From NCBI GenBank assembly GCA_963696085.1, contig CAVOIQ010000004.1, positions 48,291 through 112,290 on the forward strand: 64,000 bases of DNA. Reading direction: 5' to 3'. The notes under the pieces were generated by a model. The model was not told where the DNA came from. It saw only the letters and a program-made list of their open reading frames with translations, and searched no databases. Both the position numbers and the translations under genes were made by a program. The stretch comes from an uncultured Actinomycetota bacterium. GTDB taxonomy: Bacteria > Actinomycetota > Actinomycetes > Actinomycetales > Microbacteriaceae. Shown here in pieces: positions 20,068 through 29,474 of this stretch (its first letter is position 1; the number at the start of each line of letters is the position of its first letter).

Positions 20068-21219
20068 ATGCCTCATTTCCGTCGCGGAGCCGCCCTCGCC
20101 GGCGCCGCCGCCCTCGTGCTCGGCCTCACGGCCTGCAGCACCCCCGCCGCTCAGTCCGGCGACGCCGTCGCCACGGAGCCCGTGCGCATCGGCGTCGCGC
20201 TGCCGCAAACCGGTGACCAGGCCCAGTACGGGGAGTACTTCCAGCAGGGATTCGATCTCGCCCTCGACCAGCTCAACGACGCGGGTGGCATCGACGGCCG
20301 GCAGGTCGAGCTCGTATACGAAGACACCCAGGCCGATCCCGCGCAGGCGCCCGCGGTCGCGCAGAAGTTCGTCGACGACGAGTCGATCCTCGCCGTGCTC
20401 GGAGACTTCGGTTCGCCGGCGTCCGCCGCAGGCAGCCCCATCTATCAGGCCGCAGGGTTGGTGCAGTTCGCGTTCTGCGCGTCGGCCTCGACCGTGACCG
20501 ATCCGGGCGACTACGTGTTCGCGACGTGGGTCTCGCAGGAGTACGAAGCCCCCCGCCTGGCAGAGTTCGCCGCCGAGCAGGGCTCGACCGCCGCGGTCTT
20601 CTACCAGGACACTGACTGGGGTCAGGAGACCCACGGCTTCTTCTCCGGGGGCGCCGACAAGGCCGGACTCGACGAGGTGTACTCGACCGCGTACAACCCC
20701 GAGAGCACGGACTACCGCCCGCTGCTGCTGGCGGCCCAGGCCGAGAACCCCGAGGTCATTGTCCTCATCTCGTACGCGGCGGACGCTGCGCTCATCACGT
20801 CGCAGGCGCGTGAACTCGGCATCGATGTTCCGATCGTCGGCATCAGCTCGATCTACAACCAGCAGTTCATCGATCTCGCCGGCGATGCCGCCGAGGGCGT
20901 GCAGACGCTGAGCTACTTCACCCCGAAGAACCCCGACGAGGATGTGCAGCAGTTCATCGCGGACTTCGACGCCGAGTACGACGTCGAGACGCCGTCGGAC
21001 TTCGCCATCCGTGCCTACGACGCGCTCAACATCGTCGCAACGGCGGCTAACAGCACTGACGAGCTCACCCGCGCGAGCCTGCGCGATGCCCTGGCCACCG
21101 GCGAGGACTTCCCGACCATCCTCTACGGCCCGATCACCTTCACCGAGGATCGCCGCGTGGTGGACGCCGAGCAGTACCCGCTGGTGGTCAAAGACGGCGC
21201 ATTCGAGCTCGTCGAGTAG
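20068..21219 (+). CDS. Liv-type ABC substrate-binding lipoprotein
   Basis: SD AGGAG; lipobox GLTAC; IGVALPQTG, GGIDGRQVELVYED, AYDA. Confidence 0.9.
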   Translation: MPHFRRGAALAGAAALVLGLTACSTPAAQSGDAVATEPVRIGVALPQTGDQAQYGEYFQQGFDLALDQLNDAGGIDGRQVELVYEDTQADPAQAPAVAQKFVDDESILAVLGDFGSPASAAGSPIYQAAGLVQFAFCASASTVTDPGDYVFATWVSQEYEAPRLAEFAAEQGSTAAVFYQDTDWGQETHGFFSGGADKAGLDEVYSTAYNPESTDYRPLLLAAQAENPEVIVLISYAADAALITSQARELGIDVPIVGISSIYNQQFIDLAGDAAEGVQTLSYFTPKNPDEDVQQFIADFDAEYDVETPSDFAIRAYDALNIVATAANSTDELTRASLRDALATGEDFPTILYGPITFTEDRRVVDAEQYPLVVKDGAFELVE

Positions 21220-21294
21220 CGCCGCACTCACGACCGAACCCTGTCCGGGTGCCCGCTACGGGTACCCGGACATCGGTATGAAAGGGACCTTCGG

Positions 21295-23166
21295 GTGGAC
21301 ATACTCCTTGCAGGGATCGTCAGCGGCAGCACGTATGCGCTGCTCGCGATCGGCGTTTCGCTGATCTTCGGCGTATCCAACATCGTCAACTTCGCGGCGG
21401 GCTCGGTGTTCGCCGCAGGCGCGATGATGGGCTGGTTTCTGGCCGCAGTGCTGGCGTGGCCGCTGTGGGCGGTGCTGGGCGGGGTGGTCGCATTCACGAG
21501 CCTGCTCGGGTGGCTCATCTTCGTGGTCGCGGTGCGGCCGCTGCGGACGGCACCGGGCATCGCCGTGCTGCTGTCGACGTTTGCTGTCGGCATCATCCTC
21601 GACAACACCTCACAGCGGGTGTTCGGTGCTGAGACGCGTCGCTTTCCTGCGTTGCTCGAGCGCAGCAACTTCGAGCTGTTCGGGTTCCGCTTCGGCACCA
21701 TCGCGATCGTCATCATCGGTGTGAGTGTGGTGTGCGTCGTGGTGCTCGCTTGGGTGCTGGCGCGTACGCGCATCGGCCGCGCGATCCGCGCCACCTCGCA
21801 GGACCGTGACGCCGCAGCCCAGATGGGCATCCCGGTCGACCGCATCCAAGCAATCTCCTTCGTCATCGCCTCCGCGCTCGGTGGTGTCGCGGGAGTCCTC
21901 GTGGGCATGTACTTCTCGAATGTCGCGCCGTCCATGGGGTTCGCCGCAGGCGTGCAGGCGTTCGCCGCGGCGACCATCGGCGGGCTGGGCTCGTTGCCCG
22001 GGGCGATCGTCGGGGGTCTCATCCTCGGCGTGGCCGAGGCCTTCGGTGTGTCCCTCTGGGGTGATTCGGTGCGCCAGCTCATCACGTTCGGCGCACTCAT
22101 CCTGGTGCTGTGGGTCCGGCCGGGCGGCATCCTCGGCCGCGTTCCTGCCGTGGCGAGCGAGCCGATGACCGGCACGTTCTTCGGTGCGGGCACACCACTG
22201 CGCCTGAACCGGTGGCTCGCCTTCGGACTGCTGGGGGCGGGGCTGCTGGTGCCGGTCATCGCCAGCGACTACCTCCTGCGGACGGGGGCGCTGGTCTGGA
22301 TATACGCACTCTTCGCACTGTCCGTCACCCTCGCGGGGGGCTTCGCCGGCCAGATCGTGCTGGGGCAGGCCGGGGCGCTGGCGATCGGCGCGTACACCTC
22401 GGCGCTGCTGGTCACGCAGGCCGGCTGGGACTTCTGGGCGAGTTTCGTGGCCGCCGGACTCTGTGCCGCGATCGGGAGCGTATTGCTGACTGCTCCGACG
22501 TGGCGGCTCCGAGGGCACTACGTATCGATGGCGACGCTCGCCACCGGCGGGTTGATCGCCGCGCTCGCGCTCAACCTGCAGGGCATCACGAACGGCGCGC
22601 GCGGCATCTACGGCATCCCCCGGCCGACGCTTTTCGGCGTCCCCGTTTCGTCCGCCGCAGGGATGTACCTGCTCGCGTTCGCGGTGCTCGCCGGGGCCCT
22701 GGTCATCGTGTCGCGCCTCGGGTCCTCGCACCTCGGCCGCTCGTGGGCCGCGGTGCGCGAGGACGAAGTGGCTGCGGCATCGTCCGGCATCCACCCGGCG
22801 GCGTACAAGTCGCTGGTGTTCGGGCTCGGGTCGGCCATTGCCGGCTTCGCCGGGGCGCTGTACGCCGCCCAGGTCACCTATATCGAGCCGAGCCAGTTCG
22901 GCATATCGCTCTCGGTGCTGGCCGTGACGATCGCCATCCTCGGGGGCCTGCGCGCACCGATGGGCGCCGTCGTGGGTGCCGTCGTGCTGGTGGGCGTCCC
23001 CGAGTTCTTCCGCGCGTTCGCGGACTGGCGACTCCTGTTCTACGGTGTCCTGCTGCTGGTTCTGATCTTGTGGCGGCCGCAGGGGTTGTGGGCGCATTCC
23101 GACACGTTCGCACGGCTGTGGGGGCGCCTGACCCGCCGCCGAGTCAGTGAAGAGGTGGTCTCGTGA
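21295..23166 (+). CDS. Fused LivH-LivM ABC permease
   Basis: Two permease halves: IFGVSNIVNFA...TRIGRAIRA...RPGGILG, then GQIVLGQ...SHLGRSWAAVREDE...RPQGLW. Confidence 0.9.
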   Translation: MDILLAGIVSGSTYALLAIGVSLIFGVSNIVNFAAGSVFAAGAMMGWFLAAVLAWPLWAVLGGVVAFTSLLGWLIFVVAVRPLRTAPGIAVLLSTFAVGIILDNTSQRVFGAETRRFPALLERSNFELFGFRFGTIAIVIIGVSVVCVVVLAWVLARTRIGRAIRATSQDRDAAAQMGIPVDRIQAISFVIASALGGVAGVLVGMYFSNVAPSMGFAAGVQAFAAATIGGLGSLPGAIVGGLILGVAEAFGVSLWGDSVRQLITFGALILVLWVRPGGILGRVPAVASEPMTGTFFGAGTPLRLNRWLAFGLLGAGLLVPVIASDYLLRTGALVWIYALFALSVTLAGGFAGQIVLGQAGALAIGAYTSALLVTQAGWDFWASFVAAGLCAAIGSVLLTAPTWRLRGHYVSMATLATGGLIAALALNLQGITNGARGIYGIPRPTLFGVPVSSAAGMYLLAFAVLAGALVIVSRLGSSHLGRSWAAVREDEVAAASSGIHPAAYKSLVFGLGSAIAGFAGALYAAQVTYIEPSQFGISLSVLAVTIAILGGLRAPMGAVVGAVVLVGVPEFFRAFADWRLLFYGVLLLVLILWRPQGLWAHSDTFARLWGRLTRRRVSEEVVS

Positions 23167-24026
23167 CCGAGCCGACGACCAGGCCCCTACTGCGGGTCAC
23201 CGGCCTGACGAAACGCTTCGGCTCCTTGACGGTGGTCGACAATGTCTCGCTCGAGATCCAGCGCGGCGAGGTCGTGTCGATCATCGGCCCCAACGGCAGC
23301 GGCAAGACGACGACTCTCAACATCATCAGCGGGGTGCTGCGCGCGGCATCCGGATCCGTGGAGCTGGACGGCAGACGCATCACCGGCCGCAAGCCGCACG
23401 AGATCGCCAATCTCGGGCTCACTCGCACGTTCCAGAACGGCCGCGTGATCGGCAATCTCACGGTCGCCGAGAACGTCCTCGTCGGATTGGAGTCGGTGCA
23501 GACCATCGGGCGTCCGCTGTCGACGTTGCGCGGCATCCCGGGCATCCGCTGGCTCCCCCTTCTCGCCGAGACCGTGAGCGCGCTGCTTCCCGGACCTCGC
23601 CGCCGACGCCAGGATGCGGCAGACGCGGAGCGCGTGAGCGCGGAACTCGCGCGGTTCGGCGACCGCCTCGCGCCGCGCCGCGACCAGTACGCGTACTCGC
23701 TCTCGTACGCCAACCGTCGTCGCACCGAGATCGCGCGTGCTCTCGTGGCCTCGCCAAAGCTGCTCGTGCTCGACGAGCCGACGGCCGGAATGAACCAGAC
23801 CGAGACCGCCGAGGTGCTCCAACAGCTGCTCGAGCTCAAGAAGGCGGGCCTCACGATGCTGCTCGTCGAGCACAAGCTCGATCTGGTCATGACCGTGTCG
23901 GATCGTGTGCTCGTTCTCGACGACGGGCGGCTGATCGCACAGGGCCGGCCCGACGACGTCCGCCGGGATCCGCGCGTCATCGAGGCCTACCTCGGCAAAG
24001 CCTTCGCGGAAGGATCCGACGCATGA
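23163..24026 (+). CDS. ABC ATP-binding protein, LivG-like
   Basis: GPNGSGKTT, TRTFQ, LSYANRRRTEIARAL, LDEPTAGM, VEHK. Confidence 0.92.
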   Translation: MTEPTTRPLLRVTGLTKRFGSLTVVDNVSLEIQRGEVVSIIGPNGSGKTTTLNIISGVLRAASGSVELDGRRITGRKPHEIANLGLTRTFQNGRVIGNLTVAENVLVGLESVQTIGRPLSTLRGIPGIRWLPLLAETVSALLPGPRRRRQDAADAERVSAELARFGDRLAPRRDQYAYSLSYANRRRTEIARALVASPKLLVLDEPTAGMNQTETAEVLQQLLELKKAGLTMLLVEHKLDLVMTVSDRVLVLDDGRLIAQGRPDDVRRDPRVIEAYLGKAFAEGSDA

Positions 24027-24847
24027 CCGCGCTGCTCGCATTCGAGGACGTCACGGTGAGCTACGGCGTGAGCCCCGCTCTCGAGAACGTGACGCTCCAG
24101 CTCGAGGAAGGGCACATCACCTGCCTGCTCGGCGGCAACGCCTCGGGGAAGTCCACCACCATGAAGACGATTCTCGGGCTGATTCGCCCGGTGTCGGGCC
24201 GCGTGATCTTCGACGGTCAGGACATCACCGGTTGGGGCACACCCCGCCGCATCCGTGCGGGCATCGCGTCGGTCCCGGAAGCGAGGCGCGTGTTCGCCGA
24301 CATGACCGTCGAAGACAACCTGCTCGCCGGCGCGTATGTGCGCCTCGACCGGGGCATCCGGCGCACGCTGGCTGAGGTATACGAGTTCTTCCCGCGGCTC
24401 GCCGAGCGCAGGGTGCAGCGAGCGGGCACGTTGTCGGGCGGAGAGCAGCAGATGCTCGCGTTCGGCCGAGCGCTGATGAGCCGCCCGCGACTGATCTGCA
24501 TGGACGAGCCCACAATGGGGCTGGCGCCGATCGTCGTCGAGCGCGTCCTCGGGCACATCGCCACGATCAACCGCGACCTCGGCGTGAGCGTTTTCATGGT
24601 GGAGCAGAACGCCGAGCTGGCGTTGAGCGTGGCGGACAGCGGCTACGTGCTGCGCACCGGCCGAATCGCCGTGACCGGCACGGCCGCTGAGTTGCTCGCC
24701 CACCCGGGCGTGCGCGAGGCGTACCTCGGCCGGGCGATCGATCCGGCTGCTGCGCCGCTCGAGGTCGCGGGGCGATCAGATCCCGGCACGGGCACCCCCG
24801 CGCGCGCTGACACGACGACCGACGCCACAGAGGACGGACGAGCATGA
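24023..24847 (+). CDS. ABC ATP-binding protein, LivF-like
   Basis: ATG 24023 overlaps the previous stop; GGNASGKST, LSGGEQQMLAFGRAL, MDEPTMGLAP. Confidence 0.92.
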   Translation: MTALLAFEDVTVSYGVSPALENVTLQLEEGHITCLLGGNASGKSTTMKTILGLIRPVSGRVIFDGQDITGWGTPRRIRAGIASVPEARRVFADMTVEDNLLAGAYVRLDRGIRRTLAEVYEFFPRLAERRVQRAGTLSGGEQQMLAFGRALMSRPRLICMDEPTMGLAPIVVERVLGHIATINRDLGVSVFMVEQNAELALSVADSGYVLRTGRIAVTGTAAELLAHPGVREAYLGRAIDPAAAPLEVAGRSDPGTGTPARADTTTDATEDGRA

Positions 24848-25347
24848 CCGATGTACTCCTGACGATCGCGGAGGTCGTCTCGGACGCCCCGCGCGACCAT
24901 CGACCCGCGGTTCGCGAAGCGGCACAGGCGAGCTATCACGCACTGTTCGACGTCCCTGCCGACGACCCGGCACCCGGTGTCGACCGGTCGCTGCGGCATC
25001 TCATCGCGGCCCGCACTGCCCGGCTGGAGGGCGACGGTCCGGCCGTCGAGTTCTATCTCGAGTCCGTCGATGCCCGCGATGAGCAGTCGCTTGTGGAGCA
25101 GGGACCGGATGGACCGGCGGGAGTGCGGGCGCCGCGGCGCACGCGCGCCGCGCTGCGCTACGTCGACCTTCTCACCACACGTCCTGCTGGGGCGACGGTC
25201 GACGATCTGAACGGGCTGCTCGCCGCAGGCTGGGAGCCCGCCGAGATCGTCGTGATCGGACAGATCGTGGGTTTGGTGACCTATCAGGTGCGCGTCGCGC
25301 AAGGGCTGCGCGTACTGGATGATCTGTTCGGGGAGGACGACCGTTGA
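24844..25347 (+). CDS. CMD-domain protein (Avi_7170-like)
   Basis: R..VREAAQASYHALF and AGW...EIVVIGQIVGLVTYQVRV resemble this family; no CxxC; paired with an AhpD-like gene. Confidence 0.7.
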   Translation: MTDVLLTIAEVVSDAPRDHRPAVREAAQASYHALFDVPADDPAPGVDRSLRHLIAARTARLEGDGPAVEFYLESVDARDEQSLVEQGPDGPAGVRAPRRTRAALRYVDLLTTRPAGATVDDLNGLLAAGWEPAEIVVIGQIVGLVTYQVRVAQGLRVLDDLFGEDDR

Positions 25348-25973
25348 GCACGCGATTCACCACCGAGGAACGCGCTTGGCACGCGTGGATCGAGCCGGTC
25401 GGTCCTGACACCGGCTCACCAGCGCAGATCGCGGCGTACGAGTCGAGCGTGTGGCCCGACTCGCCGTATTTCCGCCTGCTGGCGTGGCATCCCGGCGCAC
25501 TGGCGGCCAGGACCGCGCTGGACCGTGCGATCTTCCTCGGGCGACCGGGGCTGCCGCGCGGCGAACGCGAACTGGCGGCGACCGTCGCTTCACGCCTCAA
25601 CGGTTGCGAACTGTGCACCAGCGTGCACTCTCGGTTCACCGTCACCTTCACCAAGCAGGAGGACGCCGTCCAACGCCTCCTCGAAGAGGGCGTCGATGCC
25701 CTCTTCGAGCCGCGCTGGCGGGCGATCGTCGATGCTGCCGCGGCGCTCAGCGCCTCGCCGCCGCGGTTCGCCGCTCACCACGCACGGGCACTGGTGGACG
25801 TCGGGTTCTCTCGTGCCGACATCCAGGACATCGTGGAATCGACGGCGTTCTTCGCCTGGGCGAACCGCCTGATGCTCAGTCTTGGGGAGCCCGCCGCACC
25901 CGACGCTGCGGACGGGGAGGCGATCGCCAACCAGCGCGCCGCCGACGCCCTCGCCGCGGAGACTGCGGCGTAG
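25344..25973 (+). CDS. Alkylhydroperoxidase AhpD-domain protein (Avi_7169-like)
   Basis: SPYFRLLA, ERELAATVASRLNGCELCTSVH (CxxC..H), FFAWANRLMLSLGEP. Confidence 0.85.
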   Translation: MSTRFTTEERAWHAWIEPVGPDTGSPAQIAAYESSVWPDSPYFRLLAWHPGALAARTALDRAIFLGRPGLPRGERELAATVASRLNGCELCTSVHSRFTVTFTKQEDAVQRLLEEGVDALFEPRWRAIVDAAAALSASPPRFAAHHARALVDVGFSRADIQDIVESTAFFAWANRLMLSLGEPAAPDAADGEAIANQRAADALAAETAA

Positions 25974-25987
25974 GCGCCTCGGAGGCG

Positions 25988-26032
25988 CACCCACCTGCCT
26001 TCCCGCCACCATCGCGGGAAGGCAGGCGGGTG
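25988..26032. terminator. Hairpin between convergent ahpD-like and MFS genes
   Basis: 19-bp stem CACCCACCTGCCTTCCCGC/GCGGGAAGGCAGGCGGGTG with one mismatch that is a G.U wobble on the minus strand. Confidence 0.75.
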
Positions 26033-26035
26033 TCG

Positions 26036-27556
26036 TCACGCCTCGGCGAGCGCGGGCTCGCGGGTGACAGATGCCTCGGCCGCGGCATCCGTCTCCACGG
26101 TGTTCGCGGGAGCGGAGCGTCCGACGGGCAGCCACAGCGCGACGACGGCGGCGGCCAGCAGCACTGCGGCCCCGGTCAGCACCGCGGGGCGCGCGGCGTC
26201 GACGTAAAGGTCGGGCCGCAGCTCGCCCCCGGCGCTCACGAAGATCGCTGTCATCACGGCCGTTCCCAGAGCAATGCCGATCTCACGCGCGGTGGAGTTG
26301 ACCCCGGACGCCTTGGCGTGGTCGAGCACTCCGAGTGTCGCCAGCAGTGCGGTCGCCGACGGCGCGAAGACAAGCCCCATGCCGATGCCGGCGAGGATGA
26401 ATGGCGCCACCATCTGTGCGTAGGCGAGGTCGGCTGAGAGCGTGAGGCCGATCCACCCCAGTGCGATGCCCTGCAGCACGAGGCCCGACAGCAGCAGGAT
26501 TCGCGTGCCGACCCGAGGTGCGATGATGCCGGCGATCGGCGCGACGAACATCGGCGCGAGGGTCCAGGGCGTTGTCTGCACCGCGGCTTCGAGGGGCGTC
26601 GACCCCTGCACGACCTGCAGGTACTGGATCAGGATGAACACCGACCCAAAGGTTCCGAAGCTGAACGCGAAGCCGACGATGTTCGTCAGCGAGAATGACC
26701 GGTCGCGGAACAGCCGCAGCGGCACGAGTGGCGCCTTCGTGCGGGTCTGCCAGCCCAGGAAGGCCAGCAGCAGCACGATCCCGGCCGCGATCTCGGCGAT
26801 GACACCCGCCGACGACCAGCCGTCATCGTTGCCACGGACGATCGCATGGACGAGAGCGAGCACGCCGACGGCCGCGAGCAGTGCTCCGAAGACGTCGATC
26901 CGGGCGCGCTCGCCGAAGTCGTTGTTCAAGGCGAACAGTGCGAGGGGGATGGCGATGAGCGCGACCGGGATGTTGATCCAGAAGATGGACTGCCAGTTCA
27001 AGCCCTCCATGATCGCGCCGCCGACGAGTGGCCCGACCGCGACGCCGAGACCGGCGACGCCGCCCCAGATGCCGATTGCGAGTGGTCGGCGCGCCGGCGC
27101 AACGCCGCCGGCGATGAGGGCGAGCGACAGCGGCATGACTCCGGCGCCGCCGAAGCCCTGCAGCGCGCGGGCGGCGATGAGCTGCCCCGGGTCAGTACTG
27201 AGGGCCGCGAGGGCCGATCCGATGCCGAACAGCGCGATGCCGATCACGAAGACGGTGCGGCGGCCGAAGCGATCGCCGAGTGCCGACGCGACAAGGATCG
27301 CGCTCGCGAATGCCAGCGTGTACGCGTTCATGAACCATTGCAGCTCTTCGACGCTGGCCCCGAGCTCGCTGTGCAGCACCGGGAGCGCGTTGGTCATGAC
27401 GAGGTTGTCGAGCGTGGCCATGAACATCGGGACGGATGCCGCGGCAACGACGAGTCCGAAGGACCGCGTGCGTCCGGGGCTCCCGCCGGCACGGCTTCGC
27501 ACGGATGCCGGATTCGTCGCGTCAGCCATCGGCGCGGGGGTGATGACGTCGCTCAT
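26036..27556 (-). CDS. DHA2 (14-TM) MFS efflux transporter
   Basis: FMATLDNLVM, GDRFGRR, GPLVGG, WQSIFWINIP; divergent from tetR. Confidence 0.92.
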   Translation of the reverse strand: MSDVITPAPMADATNPASVRSRAGGSPGRTRSFGLVVAAASVPMFMATLDNLVMTNALPVLHSELGASVEELQWFMNAYTLAFASAILVASALGDRFGRRTVFVIGIALFGIGSALAALSTDPGQLIAARALQGFGGAGVMPLSLALIAGGVAPARRPLAIGIWGGVAGLGVAVGPLVGGAIMEGLNWQSIFWINIPVALIAIPLALFALNNDFGERARIDVFGALLAAVGVLALVHAIVRGNDDGWSSAGVIAEIAAGIVLLLAFLGWQTRTKAPLVPLRLFRDRSFSLTNIVGFAFSFGTFGSVFILIQYLQVVQGSTPLEAAVQTTPWTLAPMFVAPIAGIIAPRVGTRILLLSGLVLQGIALGWIGLTLSADLAYAQMVAPFILAGIGMGLVFAPSATALLATLGVLDHAKASGVNSTAREIGIALGTAVMTAIFVSAGGELRPDLYVDAARPAVLTGAAVLLAAAVVALWLPVGRSAPANTVETDAAAEASVTREPALAEA

Positions 27557-27577
27557 GCGAGCCTCTTCTCGGGTGTT

Positions 27578-27628
27578 GTAATTGAATGATTACTTCGGTC
27601 ACACCGACTGTAGTAATCCGCTGATAAC
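27578..27628. promoter_or_regulatory. Two candidate TetR operators GTAAT-N6-AT(T/A)AC
   Basis: GTAAT-TGAATG-ATTAC (27578-27593) and GTAAT-CCGCTG-ATAAC (27613-27628) in the divergent MFS/tetR gap. Confidence 0.6.
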
Positions 27629-28276
27629 ATGTCAAGCGTGAAAACAAATGAGGGAACGACGACGACGTCAAAGCCCGCGCCGGCCATCCGGATGAGCTCC
27701 GAAGATCGCCGCGAGCAGATCATCGCCGCAGCCCTGGCGGTGTTCGGCGCCAAGGGGTACGAAGGCACCACGACGGACGAGGTCGCCCGCACCGCCGGGA
27801 TCAGCCAGCCGTACGTGGTCCGGCTGTTCGGCACGAAAGAGAACCTTTTCCTCGCGGCCATGCAGTCCGCGCTCGACGAGCTGATGCACACGTTCCGCGC
27901 GGAACTCGCCGACGAGGCATCCGATCGTCCCGTCGCCAAGCGCATCGGGGAGGCGTACGTCGAACTGCTCAGCACGCGGGGACTGCACCAGACCCTCTCG
28001 CACGCGTGGCTGCTCGGCGGGCACCCGGTGATCGGGCCGGCCGCGCGGCGCGGTTTCGCGCAGGTCTGGCAATTCTTCCGCGATGAGGCGGGCCTGGATG
28101 CTGACGAGGCCCGGATGTTCCTTGCCGAAGGCATGCTGATCAACGTCATGATCGGCATGCGCCTCGTCGACGACTACGGCTCGGATCCGCGGATCACCGA
28201 GCTCTTCCGCACGTGCTTCCCGACCGAGCTGCCGCACATCCTCGACATCGCGCCCAAGGGCAACGAGCCCTGGTAG
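27629..28276 (+). CDS. TetR-family regulator
   Basis: RREQIIAAALAVF..KGYEGTTTDEVARTAGISQPYVVRLFGTKENLF. Confidence 0.95.
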   Translation: MSSVKTNEGTTTTSKPAPAIRMSSEDRREQIIAAALAVFGAKGYEGTTTDEVARTAGISQPYVVRLFGTKENLFLAAMQSALDELMHTFRAELADEASDRPVAKRIGEAYVELLSTRGLHQTLSHAWLLGGHPVIGPAARRGFAQVWQFFRDEAGLDADEARMFLAEGMLINVMIGMRLVDDYGSDPRITELFRTCFPTELPHILDIAPKGNEPW

Positions 28277-28349
28277 CAACGTGACGGATGCGGTGCACCC
28301 AGAGGTCGCGGCATCCCGCCGAACGAACCGGCGCCGGTAGGCTGGACCT

Positions 28350-29474
28350 GTGAGCATGGAGATCGAGATCGGCCGCGCCAAGCGCGCGCGTCGGGCATAC
28401 GCGTTCGATGACATCGCGGTCGTGCCTTCGCGGCGCACCCGCAACCCCGAAGACGTGTCGACGGTGTGGACGATCGACGCGTTCTCGTTCGGCATCCCGG
28501 TGCTGGGCGCCCCGATGGACTCGGTCATGAGCCCGCAGACGGCGATCATGCTCGGACAGCTCGGGGGCCTCGGAGTCCTCGACCTCGAGGGTGTCTGGAC
28601 GCGCTACGACGACCCGGAGCCGCTCCTCGCCGAGATCGCGGGACTGCCCGACGCCGAGGCGACAGAGCGCATGCAGGAGCTGTATGCCGAGCCGATCAAA
28701 CCTGAACTCGTCCGCGATCGCCTCGCGCAGATCCGCGATGCCGGTGTCACGGTCGCCGGGTCCCTCACCCCACAGCGGACGCAGGAGCTGTACGAAACCG
28801 TCGTCGCCGCGGGCGTCGACTTGTTCGTGATCCGCGGCACGACGGTCTCGGCCGAGCACGTCTCGAGCGTCGCCGAACCCCTCAACCTCAAGAAGTTCAT
28901 CTACGACCTCGACGTTCCCGTCCTCGTCGGAGGAGCGGCGACGTACACCGCCGCGCTCCACCTGATGCGCACGGGCGCCGCCGGCGTCCTCGTCGGATTC
29001 GGCGGGGGAGCAGCTTCCACGACGCGCGCCACCCTCGGGGTGCACGCTCCGATGGCCACCGCACTCGCGGACGTCGCCGGCGCACGCCGCGACTATCTCG
29101 ACGAGTCGGGCGGACGCTACGTGCACGTCATCGCCGACGGCGGAGTGGGCACCTCGGGCGACATCGTCAAGGCACTGGCCATGGGAGCGGATGCCGTCAT
29201 GCTGGGCGTTGCGCTCGCTCGCGCGACCGATGCCCCGGGCCGCGGATTCCACTGGGGACCCGAAGCACACCACCCCCGGCTGCCGCGCGGACGTCGCCTG
29301 AAGGTCGAGCAGACCACGAACCTCGAGTCGGTGCTCTACGGCCCGGCGCCCGTCGCAGACGGCACGGCGAACCTCATCGGGGCTTTGCGGAAGTCGATGG
29401 CCACGACCGGATACTCCGACCTCAAGGAGTTCCAGCGCGTAGAGGTCGTCGTCGCGCCGTACACCGCCGGATGA
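28350..29474 (+). CDS. guaB3: GuaB3-family IMP dehydrogenase-related protein
   Basis: IEIGRAKRARRAYAFDDIAVVPSRRTR, APMDSV, VHVIADGG, MATTGYSDLKEFQ. Confidence 0.92.
   Translation: MSMEIEIGRAKRARRAYAFDDIAVVPSRRTRNPEDVSTVWTIDAFSFGIPVLGAPMDSVMSPQTAIMLGQLGGLGVLDLEGVWTRYDDPEPLLAEIAGLPDAEATERMQELYAEPIKPELVRDRLAQIRDAGVTVAGSLTPQRTQELYETVVAAGVDLFVIRGTTVSAEHVSSVAEPLNLKKFIYDLDVPVLVGGAATYTAALHLMRTGAAGVLVGFGGGAASTTRATLGVHAPMATALADVAGARRDYLDESGGRYVHVIADGGVGTSGDIVKALAMGADAVMLGVALARATDAPGRGFHWGPEAHHPRLPRGRRLKVEQTTNLESVLYGPAPVADGTANLIGALRKSMATTGYSDLKEFQRVEVVVAPYTAG

Noticed and set aside
16891-28276. Mobile element (prophage, ICE or IS) status for the island
   Set aside because: No integrase, transposase, terminal repeats or target duplication were seen; only synteny suggests an insertion.
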